A stretch of DNA of 64,000 nucleotides from Candidatus Omnitrophota bacterium (GTDB lineage: Bacteria; Omnitrophota; Gorgyraeia; 2-01-FULL-45-10): the NCBI GenBank assembly GCA_016935115.1, contig JAFGRN010000002.1, positions 3,748-67,747 of the forward strand, written 5' to 3'. Positions 39,247 to 47,365 of this stretch are shown here, piece by piece. The translations under genes and the position numbers were made by a program. The notes under the pieces were generated by a model. It ran no database searches and had not been told where the DNA came from. It saw nothing but the letters and a program-made list of their open reading frames with translations. The stretch's first letter is position 1. Each line of letters begins with the position of its first letter.

Positions 39247-40389
39247 TTAAAGAATATGCGCTTTCGCATTTATGCCCATTCCGCTGAGCGCGCCCTCGAT
39301 CTCTTTTTTATATACGCTGTTCATGACCAGGACGTCAATCTTTCCCGTTGCCTTCCTGAGTACGGCCGGAGGCTCGATGCGCTTCGCGCTTACCGGCAGG
39401 AACCTCCCCTGCTTCTTCTCATTTATATCCACGACGTATTTCACGCGTTTCAGCAACTCGTCATTAAGGGCGCTCAGAAATAACACTCCCTTGCCCGAAG
39501 CGCCCCAGACGCATAGATTCTCCGCAGAGCGGATAAAATCGTCCCGCTCTCTTTTTATGCCCTTAAGGACGTTGCCCAAGTCAATTCCGGAAGCTTCCGG
39601 ACGGCCGCTCATCGCATCTTTGCAAGCCGTCGGGTCGTATACGGCCTCCAGCAGTATATATTCCCCTCCGAAAACATTGCTGATCCGGATATCGCGGAAC
39701 CCCGCCGAAGAGATCAGCGCCGCCAGGCTCTTCCTGCAAAAATAGTTACAGTGCTCATAAGTGATGTCATAAAAGGCCTCTTTCCTGACTATCCATTCGA
39801 GATCCGGCACTTCGACGCAGATCTTCGCTCCCTTTGCCAGAACACTGGGCCTGCATATCTGCTTCAGGAAGAGATACGGCTTATGAAGATGCTCGAGAAC
39901 ATGCCTCAGTATAAGTACATCATATCCGGAATCCGCGGCGGAAGGGCTGAAATATTCCTTCCGGAAAATTACCGATCCCTGAACGCCGTCACCGGTATAT
40001 GCCCTGTCGTAACCGAAACCCCTTGCGTGCGTCCTGTCACATAATTTCTTTAAAAAATCGCCGTTGCCGCATCCGACCTCCAATATTCTCGCGTCCTTCC
40101 GGATGTCTTTGCCGACTTTGGAGGCAAGTTCATCCAGATAATCGCGATAGGCAGGCGAGCTATCCCTGCTATTGTCATAATGCCGGTCATATTCCAGGAT
40201 ATCCGGGTCGAAAGCGCTATTAAAGACCGCGGCGCACTTATCGCAGGCTACCAGCTCGACCTCTCCCACGGGAGCCTTGACAGCCTCGGCCGCCGTCCGA
40301 TAGGTGACGTTGTTCATCGCGGGACAACGTTCCTTTCGGTAGACGACTCTGCGCTCGATCCGTTCACGGCAACATGGGCATTCGATCAT
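39247..40389 (-). CDS. NDP-sugar C-methyltransferase-like protein (Zn finger + SAM domain)
   Basis: CPCC..CDKC, LEVGCGNG, RHVLEH, EVP, YEHCNYF, WGASGKG, VVDIN..KQG. Confidence 0.8.
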   Translation of the reverse strand: MIECPCCRERIERRVVYRKERCPAMNNVTYRTAAEAVKAPVGEVELVACDKCAAVFNSAFDPDILEYDRHYDNSRDSSPAYRDYLDELASKVGKDIRKDARILEVGCGNGDFLKKLCDRTHARGFGYDRAYTGDGVQGSVIFRKEYFSPSAADSGYDVLILRHVLEHLHKPYLFLKQICRPSVLAKGAKICVEVPDLEWIVRKEAFYDITYEHCNYFCRKSLAALISSAGFRDIRISNVFGGEYILLEAVYDPTACKDAMSGRPEASGIDLGNVLKGIKRERDDFIRSAENLCVWGASGKGVLFLSALNDELLKRVKYVVDINEKKQGRFLPVSAKRIEPPAVLRKATGKIDVLVMNSVYKKEIEGALSGMGINAKAHIL

Positions 40390-40408
40390 CTGTCCTGAAC
40401 CTCTATAA

Positions 40409-41125
40409 CTATAGTTTTTTTAAAAATCCGTCGGGACAATATGTCGTCTTAAGGCGGTTATAGGTCCTGTCGACTTCCCAGCCGGATCGCCCCCGTAAAA
40501 AGTCCCTTATCGCCCTCATCGGATTATCGTCCTTCCATTCCTTCTTCCCGGTCGGATTGCTTGTCAGCATCTCCTGGATTCCATCCATGACCACCATGTA
40601 ACTGCCCCTGGATACAAAGCGGGAATAGATCTCCAGCTCTTTCAGGACGTGGCCGTACGAATGATTGGAATCCAGTATTACTAGAACTTTATCGCTCTTT
40701 TTTACGCCGTTCTGAACGACCCTGACCGTATCCTCGCTCGTGGAACTGCCCTGGATGAGCTCTATCCTTTTGGATAACGGGTGTTTCCTTATAGCGGCTT
40801 CATTGGGCTTTCGTATATCTATGTCGACCCCGATCACTTTGCCATTGCCCAATAATTCTAGAATCGAGGCGCTAAGCATGAGGGACCCGCCATGGGCCAC
40901 TCCGGTCTCGATAACGACGTCAGGGCGCACTTTCCACAACAGCTCCTGCATCATCACGATATCCGAAGAGAGCTGTATGATCGGGATACCCAGCCATGTC
41001 GGCTCGTAAACGAGCCTGTTATGAAATGACACCCGCTCCCATAACCGGGCCACCAGCGACAGGCCTTCTTCGCTGTATATATCCACCTCTTTCGATTCAT
41101 CCCCGTCAAGAACCCTGATCTTCAT
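40409..41125 (-). CDS. CmcI-family (cephalosporin hydroxylase / sugar O-methyltransferase) protein
   Basis: TWLGIPIIQ, PDVVIETGVAHGGS, GVDIDIR, ILDSNH..HVLKEL. Confidence 0.88.
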   Translation of the reverse strand: MKIRVLDGDESKEVDIYSEEGLSLVARLWERVSFHNRLVYEPTWLGIPIIQLSSDIVMMQELLWKVRPDVVIETGVAHGGSLMLSASILELLGNGKVIGVDIDIRKPNEAAIRKHPLSKRIELIQGSSTSEDTVRVVQNGVKKSDKVLVILDSNHSYGHVLKELEIYSRFVSRGSYMVVMDGIQEMLTSNPTGKKEWKDDNPMRAIRDFLRGRSGWEVDRTYNRLKTTYCPDGFLKKL

Positions 41126-42144
41126 TGCTCACTCCCTTGCCTTGGCACGGAACACGACCTGTCACAATCGCTCACATAAATGATCTTGCTCCCCTGCGAC
41201 TCAAAACTGAACGGCGTCTCCCTGAGCCCGGAAAGAGCCCTGCGCACGCCGTCCTGTTTATCCTTTTCACAATAAAACAGGAGGAAGCCGCCTCCTCCAG
41301 CGCCCAGCACCTTGCCCCCCACAGCGCCAGCCTTCAATGCCTTCTCGTAGCTTTCGTCAATCCTGTTATTCGTAATACCGTTGGCGAGCTTCTTTTTGAG
41401 CAGCCACCCTTCGTGTAATATCTCGCCAAAACCGTGCAGGTCGTTCCCCTGAAGCTTCTTCAGCAACTTCTGAGACAACGCCACTATGTCGTTCAGGTGC
41501 GCCATGTTCTGCTTTGTCTTCTCGCCCTGCTCTTTCAATATCGATGACGACACACGCGTGACCCCTGTGTAGAAGAGCATCAATTTGTCGTTAAGAATCT
41601 TTTTCGTCTCCCCCGGAAATATGACCGGGTCGACGAAGACGCTATCGTCACTGTTAAACCTGATATACTGGATCCCCCCGTATGCGGCTATATACTGATC
41701 CTGTTTACCTATGGGGTTCTTCAGTACGTTTATCTCGATCTCGCACGCCTCCCTGGCCAGGCGTTCACCGGAAACATGCTGGCCCTTGAATGCGTATAAA
41801 GCGTTCAGTACGCCTACGGCCAGGCTGCTCGAGGATCCGAGGCCTATGCCCGCGGTTCCCAGAGGGACGTCACCCATGTAGACGACCTCGATACCCCTCT
41901 TGATGCCGGCCAATCGCAACGCCTCGCGGATTATATTGTGCTCCACCTGGTCGACGGTCTCGACAAGCTCAGTCTTCGAATAACTTACCCGGACCAGATC
42001 ATCGAACTTCTGGTTCACCGTTATGTAGATGTATTTATTGATCGCGGCGGAGACAACCGAACCAGGCCTGTTTCTGTAATATTCTGGCAGATCGGAGCCG
42101 CCGCCCGCAAAACTCACTCTCAGTGGTGTCCGTGAAATGATCAT
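41122..42144 (-). CDS. GHMP sugar kinase (HddA-like heptose-7-P 1-kinase)
   Basis: SRTPLRVSFAGGGSD, GLGSSSS, GKQDQY, GGKVLGAGGGGF. Confidence 0.88.
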   Translation of the reverse strand: MIISRTPLRVSFAGGGSDLPEYYRNRPGSVVSAAINKYIYITVNQKFDDLVRVSYSKTELVETVDQVEHNIIREALRLAGIKRGIEVVYMGDVPLGTAGIGLGSSSSLAVGVLNALYAFKGQHVSGERLAREACEIEINVLKNPIGKQDQYIAAYGGIQYIRFNSDDSVFVDPVIFPGETKKILNDKLMLFYTGVTRVSSSILKEQGEKTKQNMAHLNDIVALSQKLLKKLQGNDLHGFGEILHEGWLLKKKLANGITNNRIDESYEKALKAGAVGGKVLGAGGGGFLLFYCEKDKQDGVRRALSGLRETPFSFESQGSKIIYVSDCDRSCSVPRQGSEQ

Positions 42145-43034
42145 ACCTTCACCTCCAGGCTCTTAAGATATTGCCTTATTCCCGACTCAATGCCGGTCCT
42201 GGCCCGCCATCCGAAAATTGTGCGCGCCCTGGATGTATCCGCCCAGAAGTCCGCCGTCGCCTTCGTCCTGGCGGCTTCCAGCGCAGCGGCTTGCACCGGC
42301 CGCCTTCCCATGGCTTTCTCCAGTTCCATACAGACTTTCCAGACATTCACCGCGGCGCCGGTCCCGAGATTATACGCGCCCGAAGGTATCTCCTCTTTTA
42401 CGGCCCGCACTATCGCCTCCGATACATCATCCACGTAAATAAAATCGTTCGCGTTCCACGGCGTGCGGATCACGGGTGTTTCGCCTCTCAATAACGCAGA
42501 GGCCATAACCGGAATCAGCGAAGTCTCCTTCTGGCCGGGGCCATAGATGAAAAAACCGCGCAGCCAGATAAACGACGTGCCGTTCTTCGCGGCGAGCGTC
42601 ATACCAAAATCGCACAGAGATCTCTTCGCCCATGCAAAATAGGAATTAACGGGCGCCAGGACATCTTCCCTGCAGGCGCCGTAAGACTGGCCATATTCCC
42701 AGCAGCTTCCCATCGATACGATCTTCCGGCATCCGCACTCCTCGGTCAACAGGCGAAATAGCGCTGTTCCCTGGCCCAGGTTCCTGCGGGACATCTCAAA
42801 ACCGTAATCCGGGATTCCTTCCCACGCAAGGTGAACACAGGCATCCGGACGGAAAGCTTTTAACGCGCCTTCCAGCGAATCCGGCTCATTAAGATCTCCT
42901 TCGATAACGCGGAGCTTTCCGGCGAGTCCGGCCGGCGCCTTACGACAGACGACGGCGATTTCATCCGCGCCGGACAAAGAACGCTGCAGCCTTCTGCCTA
43001 TAAATCCTGTCGCTCCCGTTATAACGATCTTCAT
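42141..43034 (-). CDS. NAD(P)-dependent NDP-4-keto-sugar reductase/epimerase
   Basis: ITGATGFIG, HLAW, GSCWEYG, YGPGQ, DFIYVDDV; the YxxxK position reads FAWAK/YFAWAK. Confidence 0.8.
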   Translation of the reverse strand: MKIVITGATGFIGRRLQRSLSGADEIAVVCRKAPAGLAGKLRVIEGDLNEPDSLEGALKAFRPDACVHLAWEGIPDYGFEMSRRNLGQGTALFRLLTEECGCRKIVSMGSCWEYGQSYGACREDVLAPVNSYFAWAKRSLCDFGMTLAAKNGTSFIWLRGFFIYGPGQKETSLIPVMASALLRGETPVIRTPWNANDFIYVDDVSEAIVRAVKEEIPSGAYNLGTGAAVNVWKVCMELEKAMGRRPVQAAALEAARTKATADFWADTSRARTIFGWRARTGIESGIRQYLKSLEVKV

Positions 43035-43050
43035 GATATCCTCGCCGGAG

Positions 43051-43614
43051 TCAAACGGTCACCGCGCCTTCTTTTGCCAGATAATCCTTAAATGACGGCG
43101 CGGCCAGGTCCTTATCCGAAATGATAAGCGGCCCATTGATCGGCCATGAAATATTCAGGTCCGGATCCTTCCAGTGTATCGTCCGGGAACTCTCCCGGTG
43201 GTACGGCGTATCCATCTTATACAGAAGGGAGCAATCGTCCGTCAAGGTATACATTCCCATGGCCATCCCCTTGGGCGCGTACAGAAGTTCCGGGGCCTCT
43301 ATCGAAAGCTCGACGCTATCCCATAGGCCGAACGTCGGCGAACCCGCGCGCATATCTACAAGAACCATAAAGGCCCTGCCCTGCGCCACCCGAACAAGTT
43401 TCGTTTCAGTATAAGGTGAGCATTGAAAATGCAGCCCCCTCAAAGTACCTCTCTTCTTTGAAAAAGAGTGAGTTTCCTGGATCCACCGCGTCACAAGGCC
43501 ATATCCGGCAAGAATATCCCGGTCATAGGTGCGGGCCAGGAACCCCCTGTCGTCTCGGTGCGGGGCGAGCGTGATCCGGAACGCGCCATCTATCTTTAAA
43601 GGAATAAGTTCCAT
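43051..43614 (-). CDS. rfbC: RmlC-like NDP-4-keto-sugar 3,5-epimerase (cupin)
   Basis: DDRGF, GTLRGLHFQ, KLVRV, VDMRAGSPTF, LLYK, ISDKD. Confidence 0.85.
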   Translation of the reverse strand: MELIPLKIDGAFRITLAPHRDDRGFLARTYDRDILAGYGLVTRWIQETHSFSKKRGTLRGLHFQCSPYTETKLVRVAQGRAFMVLVDMRAGSPTFGLWDSVELSIEAPELLYAPKGMAMGMYTLTDDCSLLYKMDTPYHRESSRTIHWKDPDLNISWPINGPLIISDKDLAAPSFKDYLAKEGAVTV

Positions 43615-43618
43615 AGCT

Positions 43619-44884
43619 TCATAGCTCCCGCGCCATCAACTGCGGAGCCGAAATTACCCGCGGCGCTTTCGGAAACGGCACTATATATTGCCCCCTGAAT
43701 CCGCGCCTGGCGCATTCGTCCATGATCTCCCCGGCAAAATTCCACGCCAGTATAAAGATCACATCCGGCCTGAATGCCAGGCCTTCTTCAAACGACACAA
43801 TCGGCAGATCGCCGGCAGGAGTCATGCATCCCTGCTTGAGAGGATTATTGTCGATGATGGCTCTGAGATAGTTGGGCCCGATGCCGCAAAAATTGATAAA
43901 CGTGGCACTGCGCGCCGAAGCGCCAAAACCCACGATCACCTTCCCGCTCAGGGACTTGAGCAGATCCAGCATCTTTTCGCGATGGTCTATGGCATAGCCG
44001 GCAAATTTTTCCCAGGCCGCGAACTTATTGATCCCGGACCTTTTTTCAGCGCATAAGAGCTCTCCGTATTCCGGTTGCTGCGGACGTTTTGTCTTGGAAA
44101 AGTACAACACGATCGACCCGCCGCTAATGGGACTCTCATCTACGGCAAAGGGGTACAGCCCGTAACGTTCAAGAAGGTTTCCGAGGGAATGCGCCGTAAA
44201 ATAGCACAGGTGCTCATGATAGATGGAATCGTAATGAAGATCCCTCGCTATGACGGCTCCGCTGTGAAATTCGATCACGCCGGTACCGTCATCGGAGAGA
44301 GCGCTGGCGATACCTTCGGTCACGCCGTGAAGGTCGCTCACATGCGGAATGACATTCCGCGCTATTATCGTTTTCGGCCTGCCGTACCGGGCGACCGCCG
44401 TTTTCGCCGAAGAGGCATCCCAATACGAACAGTCCGTGGGAACTCCGTTGCGAACGGCCATCTCGGCTATATTTCTCGCCGGCTCTATTCCGAGGACTTT
44501 CATCCCGCGGGCCGCGAACTGCCTGAGGACCGTGCCGTCGTTCGAGGCTATCTCAAAGACCATATCCCCGCGGCGCAGGCCGGAGCGATCGATGACCCGG
44601 CCTGAAAATATGCCCGCATATTCCTGCGCGCATTTTGAAGTACCGGTGACCCACACGTACCGATCGAAAAGGACCTCTTTACGCAGTGTTTCTCTGAGCT
44701 GGAAAAGAGAGCATTCCGGGCAGAAGGCCGTAGAGAGAGGAAATTTTTCAATTCTGCCGGCGGCGGGGCGCACCAACGCGTTGGCAAGCGGCTGTTCACC
44801 CAGATTAAGGACATCTTTCAGCCCCTTATATCCGCAAATCCGGCAGGCTGTAATCGTTTCAAATATTTTTGACATTGGAGCCAT
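43619..44884 (-). CDS. NDP-hexose 3-C-methyltransferase (TcaB9/NovU-like)
   Basis: CRICG, LGEQPLAN, CPEC, EIASNDG, IYHEHLCYF, GGSI, GASA, LAWNF. Confidence 0.88.
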   Translation of the reverse strand: MAPMSKIFETITACRICGYKGLKDVLNLGEQPLANALVRPAAGRIEKFPLSTAFCPECSLFQLRETLRKEVLFDRYVWVTGTSKCAQEYAGIFSGRVIDRSGLRRGDMVFEIASNDGTVLRQFAARGMKVLGIEPARNIAEMAVRNGVPTDCSYWDASSAKTAVARYGRPKTIIARNVIPHVSDLHGVTEGIASALSDDGTGVIEFHSGAVIARDLHYDSIYHEHLCYFTAHSLGNLLERYGLYPFAVDESPISGGSIVLYFSKTKRPQQPEYGELLCAEKRSGINKFAAWEKFAGYAIDHREKMLDLLKSLSGKVIVGFGASARSATFINFCGIGPNYLRAIIDNNPLKQGCMTPAGDLPIVSFEEGLAFRPDVIFILAWNFAGEIMDECARRGFRGQYIVPFPKAPRVISAPQLMAREL

Positions 44885-44891
44885 AATTGTC

Positions 44892-45926
44892 CTATCGGAA
44901 CAGGCGAAGGTCCCCTGAAACCTTTTTATTGTCCTGCAGATACCTGATCTGCTTTAGCCTGGCGCAGGTACGCCCGCGAAAATGATCCTCATTGAACCCC
45001 GTCTTCCTGAAAAACCCGATGAGTTCTTTCCCTCCGCTATCGAGGTCCCATTCGGGCCTGAAATAGTCTTTAAGCACGGAGAGGATCTTTTTAAAACTGA
45101 CCTGATATGTGCGGGAATCATTTCCGTGCTCGCCGGTGAAGACTAGGGAGCTTCCGGAAACCGAACGCTGCGCAGCTTCGGCGAGTTCACGCACCGTAAA
45201 GTTGCCTCCCGGGATACCGACATTGAACGCCTGGCCGGAGACGAGTGACAGCGGCGCTTCGAGCCCGGCTATATAGGCGCTCGAGACATCACGCACATGG
45301 ACCACCGGCCGCCATGGCGACCCGTCGCTCTTTATCTCGATCCTGCCCGTAGCGTAAGCGCATCCGACCAGATTATTGTAAACGATATCGCACCTGAGGC
45401 GGGGGCTCGCGCCGAATACCGTCGACGGGCGGAAGGAGACGACATGAAAATTCTTATCGGCCAATTTCTTAAGGGCGCATTCCGCTTCCCATTTTGTGCG
45501 GGCATAGGCCGTCAGCGGATGCTTCTTGCTGTTGTCCTCATCGAGCTCGCAATCGACGGCCGAAACTCCGTACATGCTCTGCGATGAGGAATAGATAAAC
45601 CTTTTCACTCCCGCGCTCTTCGCGGCCAGCGCGGCCTTCACGGTCCCGCCCAGGTTGATCTCTTCCGTCAATCCTGGGGCAAACTCGCCAAGCGGATCGT
45701 TGGATAGCGCGGCCAGATGAATCACCGCGTCGACCCCCTCCATATCCTCCGTCGTGATGTCGCGGATATCTTTCCTTATCTGCCGTATGGCCGGATTGTA
45801 CGGATGCAGAAGGCAATCCGCATAGTACCCGATATCATACCCGACCACTTCATATTTCCTGTCGAGCAGCATATCGACCAGGACGCTGCCGATATACCCC
45901 TGATTGCCCGTAACCAGTACTTTCAT
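44892..45926 (-). CDS. NAD-dependent epimerase/dehydratase
   Basis: VTGNQGYIG, HLAALSNDP, SSQSMYG, YARTK, SPRLRCD, WRPVVHVRD. Confidence 0.88.
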   Translation of the reverse strand: MKVLVTGNQGYIGSVLVDMLLDRKYEVVGYDIGYYADCLLHPYNPAIRQIRKDIRDITTEDMEGVDAVIHLAALSNDPLGEFAPGLTEEINLGGTVKAALAAKSAGVKRFIYSSSQSMYGVSAVDCELDEDNSKKHPLTAYARTKWEAECALKKLADKNFHVVSFRPSTVFGASPRLRCDIVYNNLVGCAYATGRIEIKSDGSPWRPVVHVRDVSSAYIAGLEAPLSLVSGQAFNVGIPGGNFTVRELAEAAQRSVSGSSLVFTGEHGNDSRTYQVSFKKILSVLKDYFRPEWDLDSGGKELIGFFRKTGFNEDHFRGRTCARLKQIRYLQDNKKVSGDLRLFR

Positions 45927-45927
45927 A

Positions 45928-46476
45928 TCACGCCTTTACTTTCTCCAGCTCATACGCAAGGCTATCGACTACCGACGACAGCCAGGATTGATGGACGGCT
46001 TCTATGATATTGTACTCGTCACTGTCGGTCCACAAATTGAGGTCTCCGAGCCGCCTCAATGGATTATCCGGCCTGAACCCCGAGAGAGTGATCACCTTAA
46101 GGCCCATCGATCTGGCCTGCCGGGCGGCATTCACGATGTTGGGCGACTTACCGCTGCTGCTGATCAGGATCACCAGGTCCCCGGCGCAGGCATAGGCTTT
46201 CAGCGCCTCTTCGACCCAATGCTCATAACCGTAGTCGTTGGAAAAACATGTGATCAGGTCCGCGTCGTTAAAACTGATCGCGCGGACACCCGCCGTCTTT
46301 GTAAGGTCCACCGATACATGGCTCGCGATCGCAGCGCTGGCGCCATTGCCTGCGATCATGACCTTGCCGCCGAGTGATGACGCCTCTCGCACAAGCGCCG
46401 CGCCCTTCTCTATGGCGTCGTCATCGACATCGAGAATTGCCCGGCATATCCTCTGCAGATAATCTCTGATCTTCAT
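45928..46476 (-). CDS. gmhA: SIS-domain phosphoheptose isomerase (GmhA-like)
   Basis: GNGASAAIASH, NDYGY, ISSSGKSPN, EAVH; ATGA-coupled start at 46476. Confidence 0.8.
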   Translation of the reverse strand: MKIRDYLQRICRAILDVDDDAIEKGAALVREASSLGGKVMIAGNGASAAIASHVSVDLTKTAGVRAISFNDADLITCFSNDYGYEHWVEEALKAYACAGDLVILISSSGKSPNIVNAARQARSMGLKVITLSGFRPDNPLRRLGDLNLWTDSDEYNIIEAVHQSWLSSVVDSLAYELEKVKA

Positions 46477-47231
46477 TCTCCGCCCTCCCGTCTTAAGCAC
46501 GCGAATCCCTTCTCCCGGGACGCCTTTTCGAACCGGATAAGATCCCCGGGGGATGTGATGAAGTAATATTGTTCGTCAGAAACGAACGCTCCCAGCCGCC
46601 CGTCTGCGGCCAGGCGCGCCAGTATCTTCTCCTCAAAAGAGATATTGCCCTCCTCCGCCCTGTCGAGAACCTTCCTGTCTACCAGGAAAAATCCGATATC
46701 GATCCCGTTCAACCCTTCCATGCGCCGGTTCTTATCGTATGCCACGACCTTTCCGCGGTGATCCACGGCAACATTATTCCCGGAGCCATACTCGCCCGTA
46801 CCCTGTTTATTGCTGAACACCGTTGTCGTCACGGGAACCCCGATCCGCTCATAATTGAAGATCATCTTGTCCAGCGGAATCGTCCAATAATTGTCGCCAT
46901 AGAGTAACAGAAACCGGTCTTCGAGCTTTTCGTAAGCGTCCAGAAGCCGCCTGCCGGTCAGGTCATCTTCTGTCCCGACCGAATAGTCTATCCGCAGCCC
47001 GAATTCTCTGCCGTCACCATAGTAGCCCATGATCGCGTCTGCGCGATAACCTACCAGAAAGAGAATCCTACGGATGCCGGAGTTGACGAGCGACCGCATC
47101 AGATAGTCCGTAAACGGCCTCCCATTCACCGGCACCATCGGCTTCGGAATGCCATCCGTGATGGGCCTGAGGCGTTCACCGCGGCCACCCGCGAATATGA
47201 CTGCCTGCTGGATTGTCATTTGTTTATGCAT
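46473..47231 (-). CDS. Sugar-1-phosphate nucleotidyltransferase (HddC-like)
   Basis: AGGRGERLRP..PKPM, GY, LYGDNY. Confidence 0.8.
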   Translation of the reverse strand: MHKQMTIQQAVIFAGGRGERLRPITDGIPKPMVPVNGRPFTDYLMRSLVNSGIRRILFLVGYRADAIMGYYGDGREFGLRIDYSVGTEDDLTGRRLLDAYEKLEDRFLLLYGDNYWTIPLDKMIFNYERIGVPVTTTVFSNKQGTGEYGSGNNVAVDHRGKVVAYDKNRRMEGLNGIDIGFFLVDRKVLDRAEEGNISFEEKILARLAADGRLGAFVSDEQYYFITSPGDLIRFEKASREKGFACLRREGGE

Positions 47232-47258
47232 ATTGTTCAGATGGCTCTATTTATGAGT

Positions 47259-47276
47259 GTTTAAAACGTTCTAAAC
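47259..47276. promoter_or_regulatory. Palindromic operator GTTTAAAACGTTCTAAAC (copy 2)
   Basis: 18-bp inverted repeat with one mismatched pair; core identical to 33008-33023, same 3-bp offset from -10. Confidence 0.8.
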
Positions 47277-47278
47277 GA

Positions 47279-47307
47279 ATATTATCATACTACCCTATCT
47301 GTGTCAA
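47279..47307 (-). promoter_or_regulatory. Sigma70 promoter for unit 2
   Basis: Minus strand TTGACA (47307-47302), 17 bp spacer ending TGA, then TAATAT (47284-47279); extended -10. Confidence 0.82.
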
Positions 47308-47365
47308 TATAATTGTATGTTTAGTGGTAAGGCGGGTAGATCGTGAGGAAACTGAAGAATAAGGA

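Noticed and set aside
40409-41125. Beta-lactam (cephamycin) biosynthesis suggested by CmcI-like and CmcH-like genes
   Set aside because: No NRPS, IPNS or CarA/B genes; both families commonly act on sugars
33008-47276. Repeated palindrome as att/IS ends bounding a 14-kb mobile cassette
   Set aside because: No integrase or transposase is present, and the fixed spacing to -10/-35 boxes fits an operator better, although recombination between the copies cannot be excluded
47331-47346. GGCGGGTAGATCGTG resembling the ops/JUMPStart element (GGCGGTAGnnTG)
   Set aside because: Imperfect match and on the strand opposite to transcription
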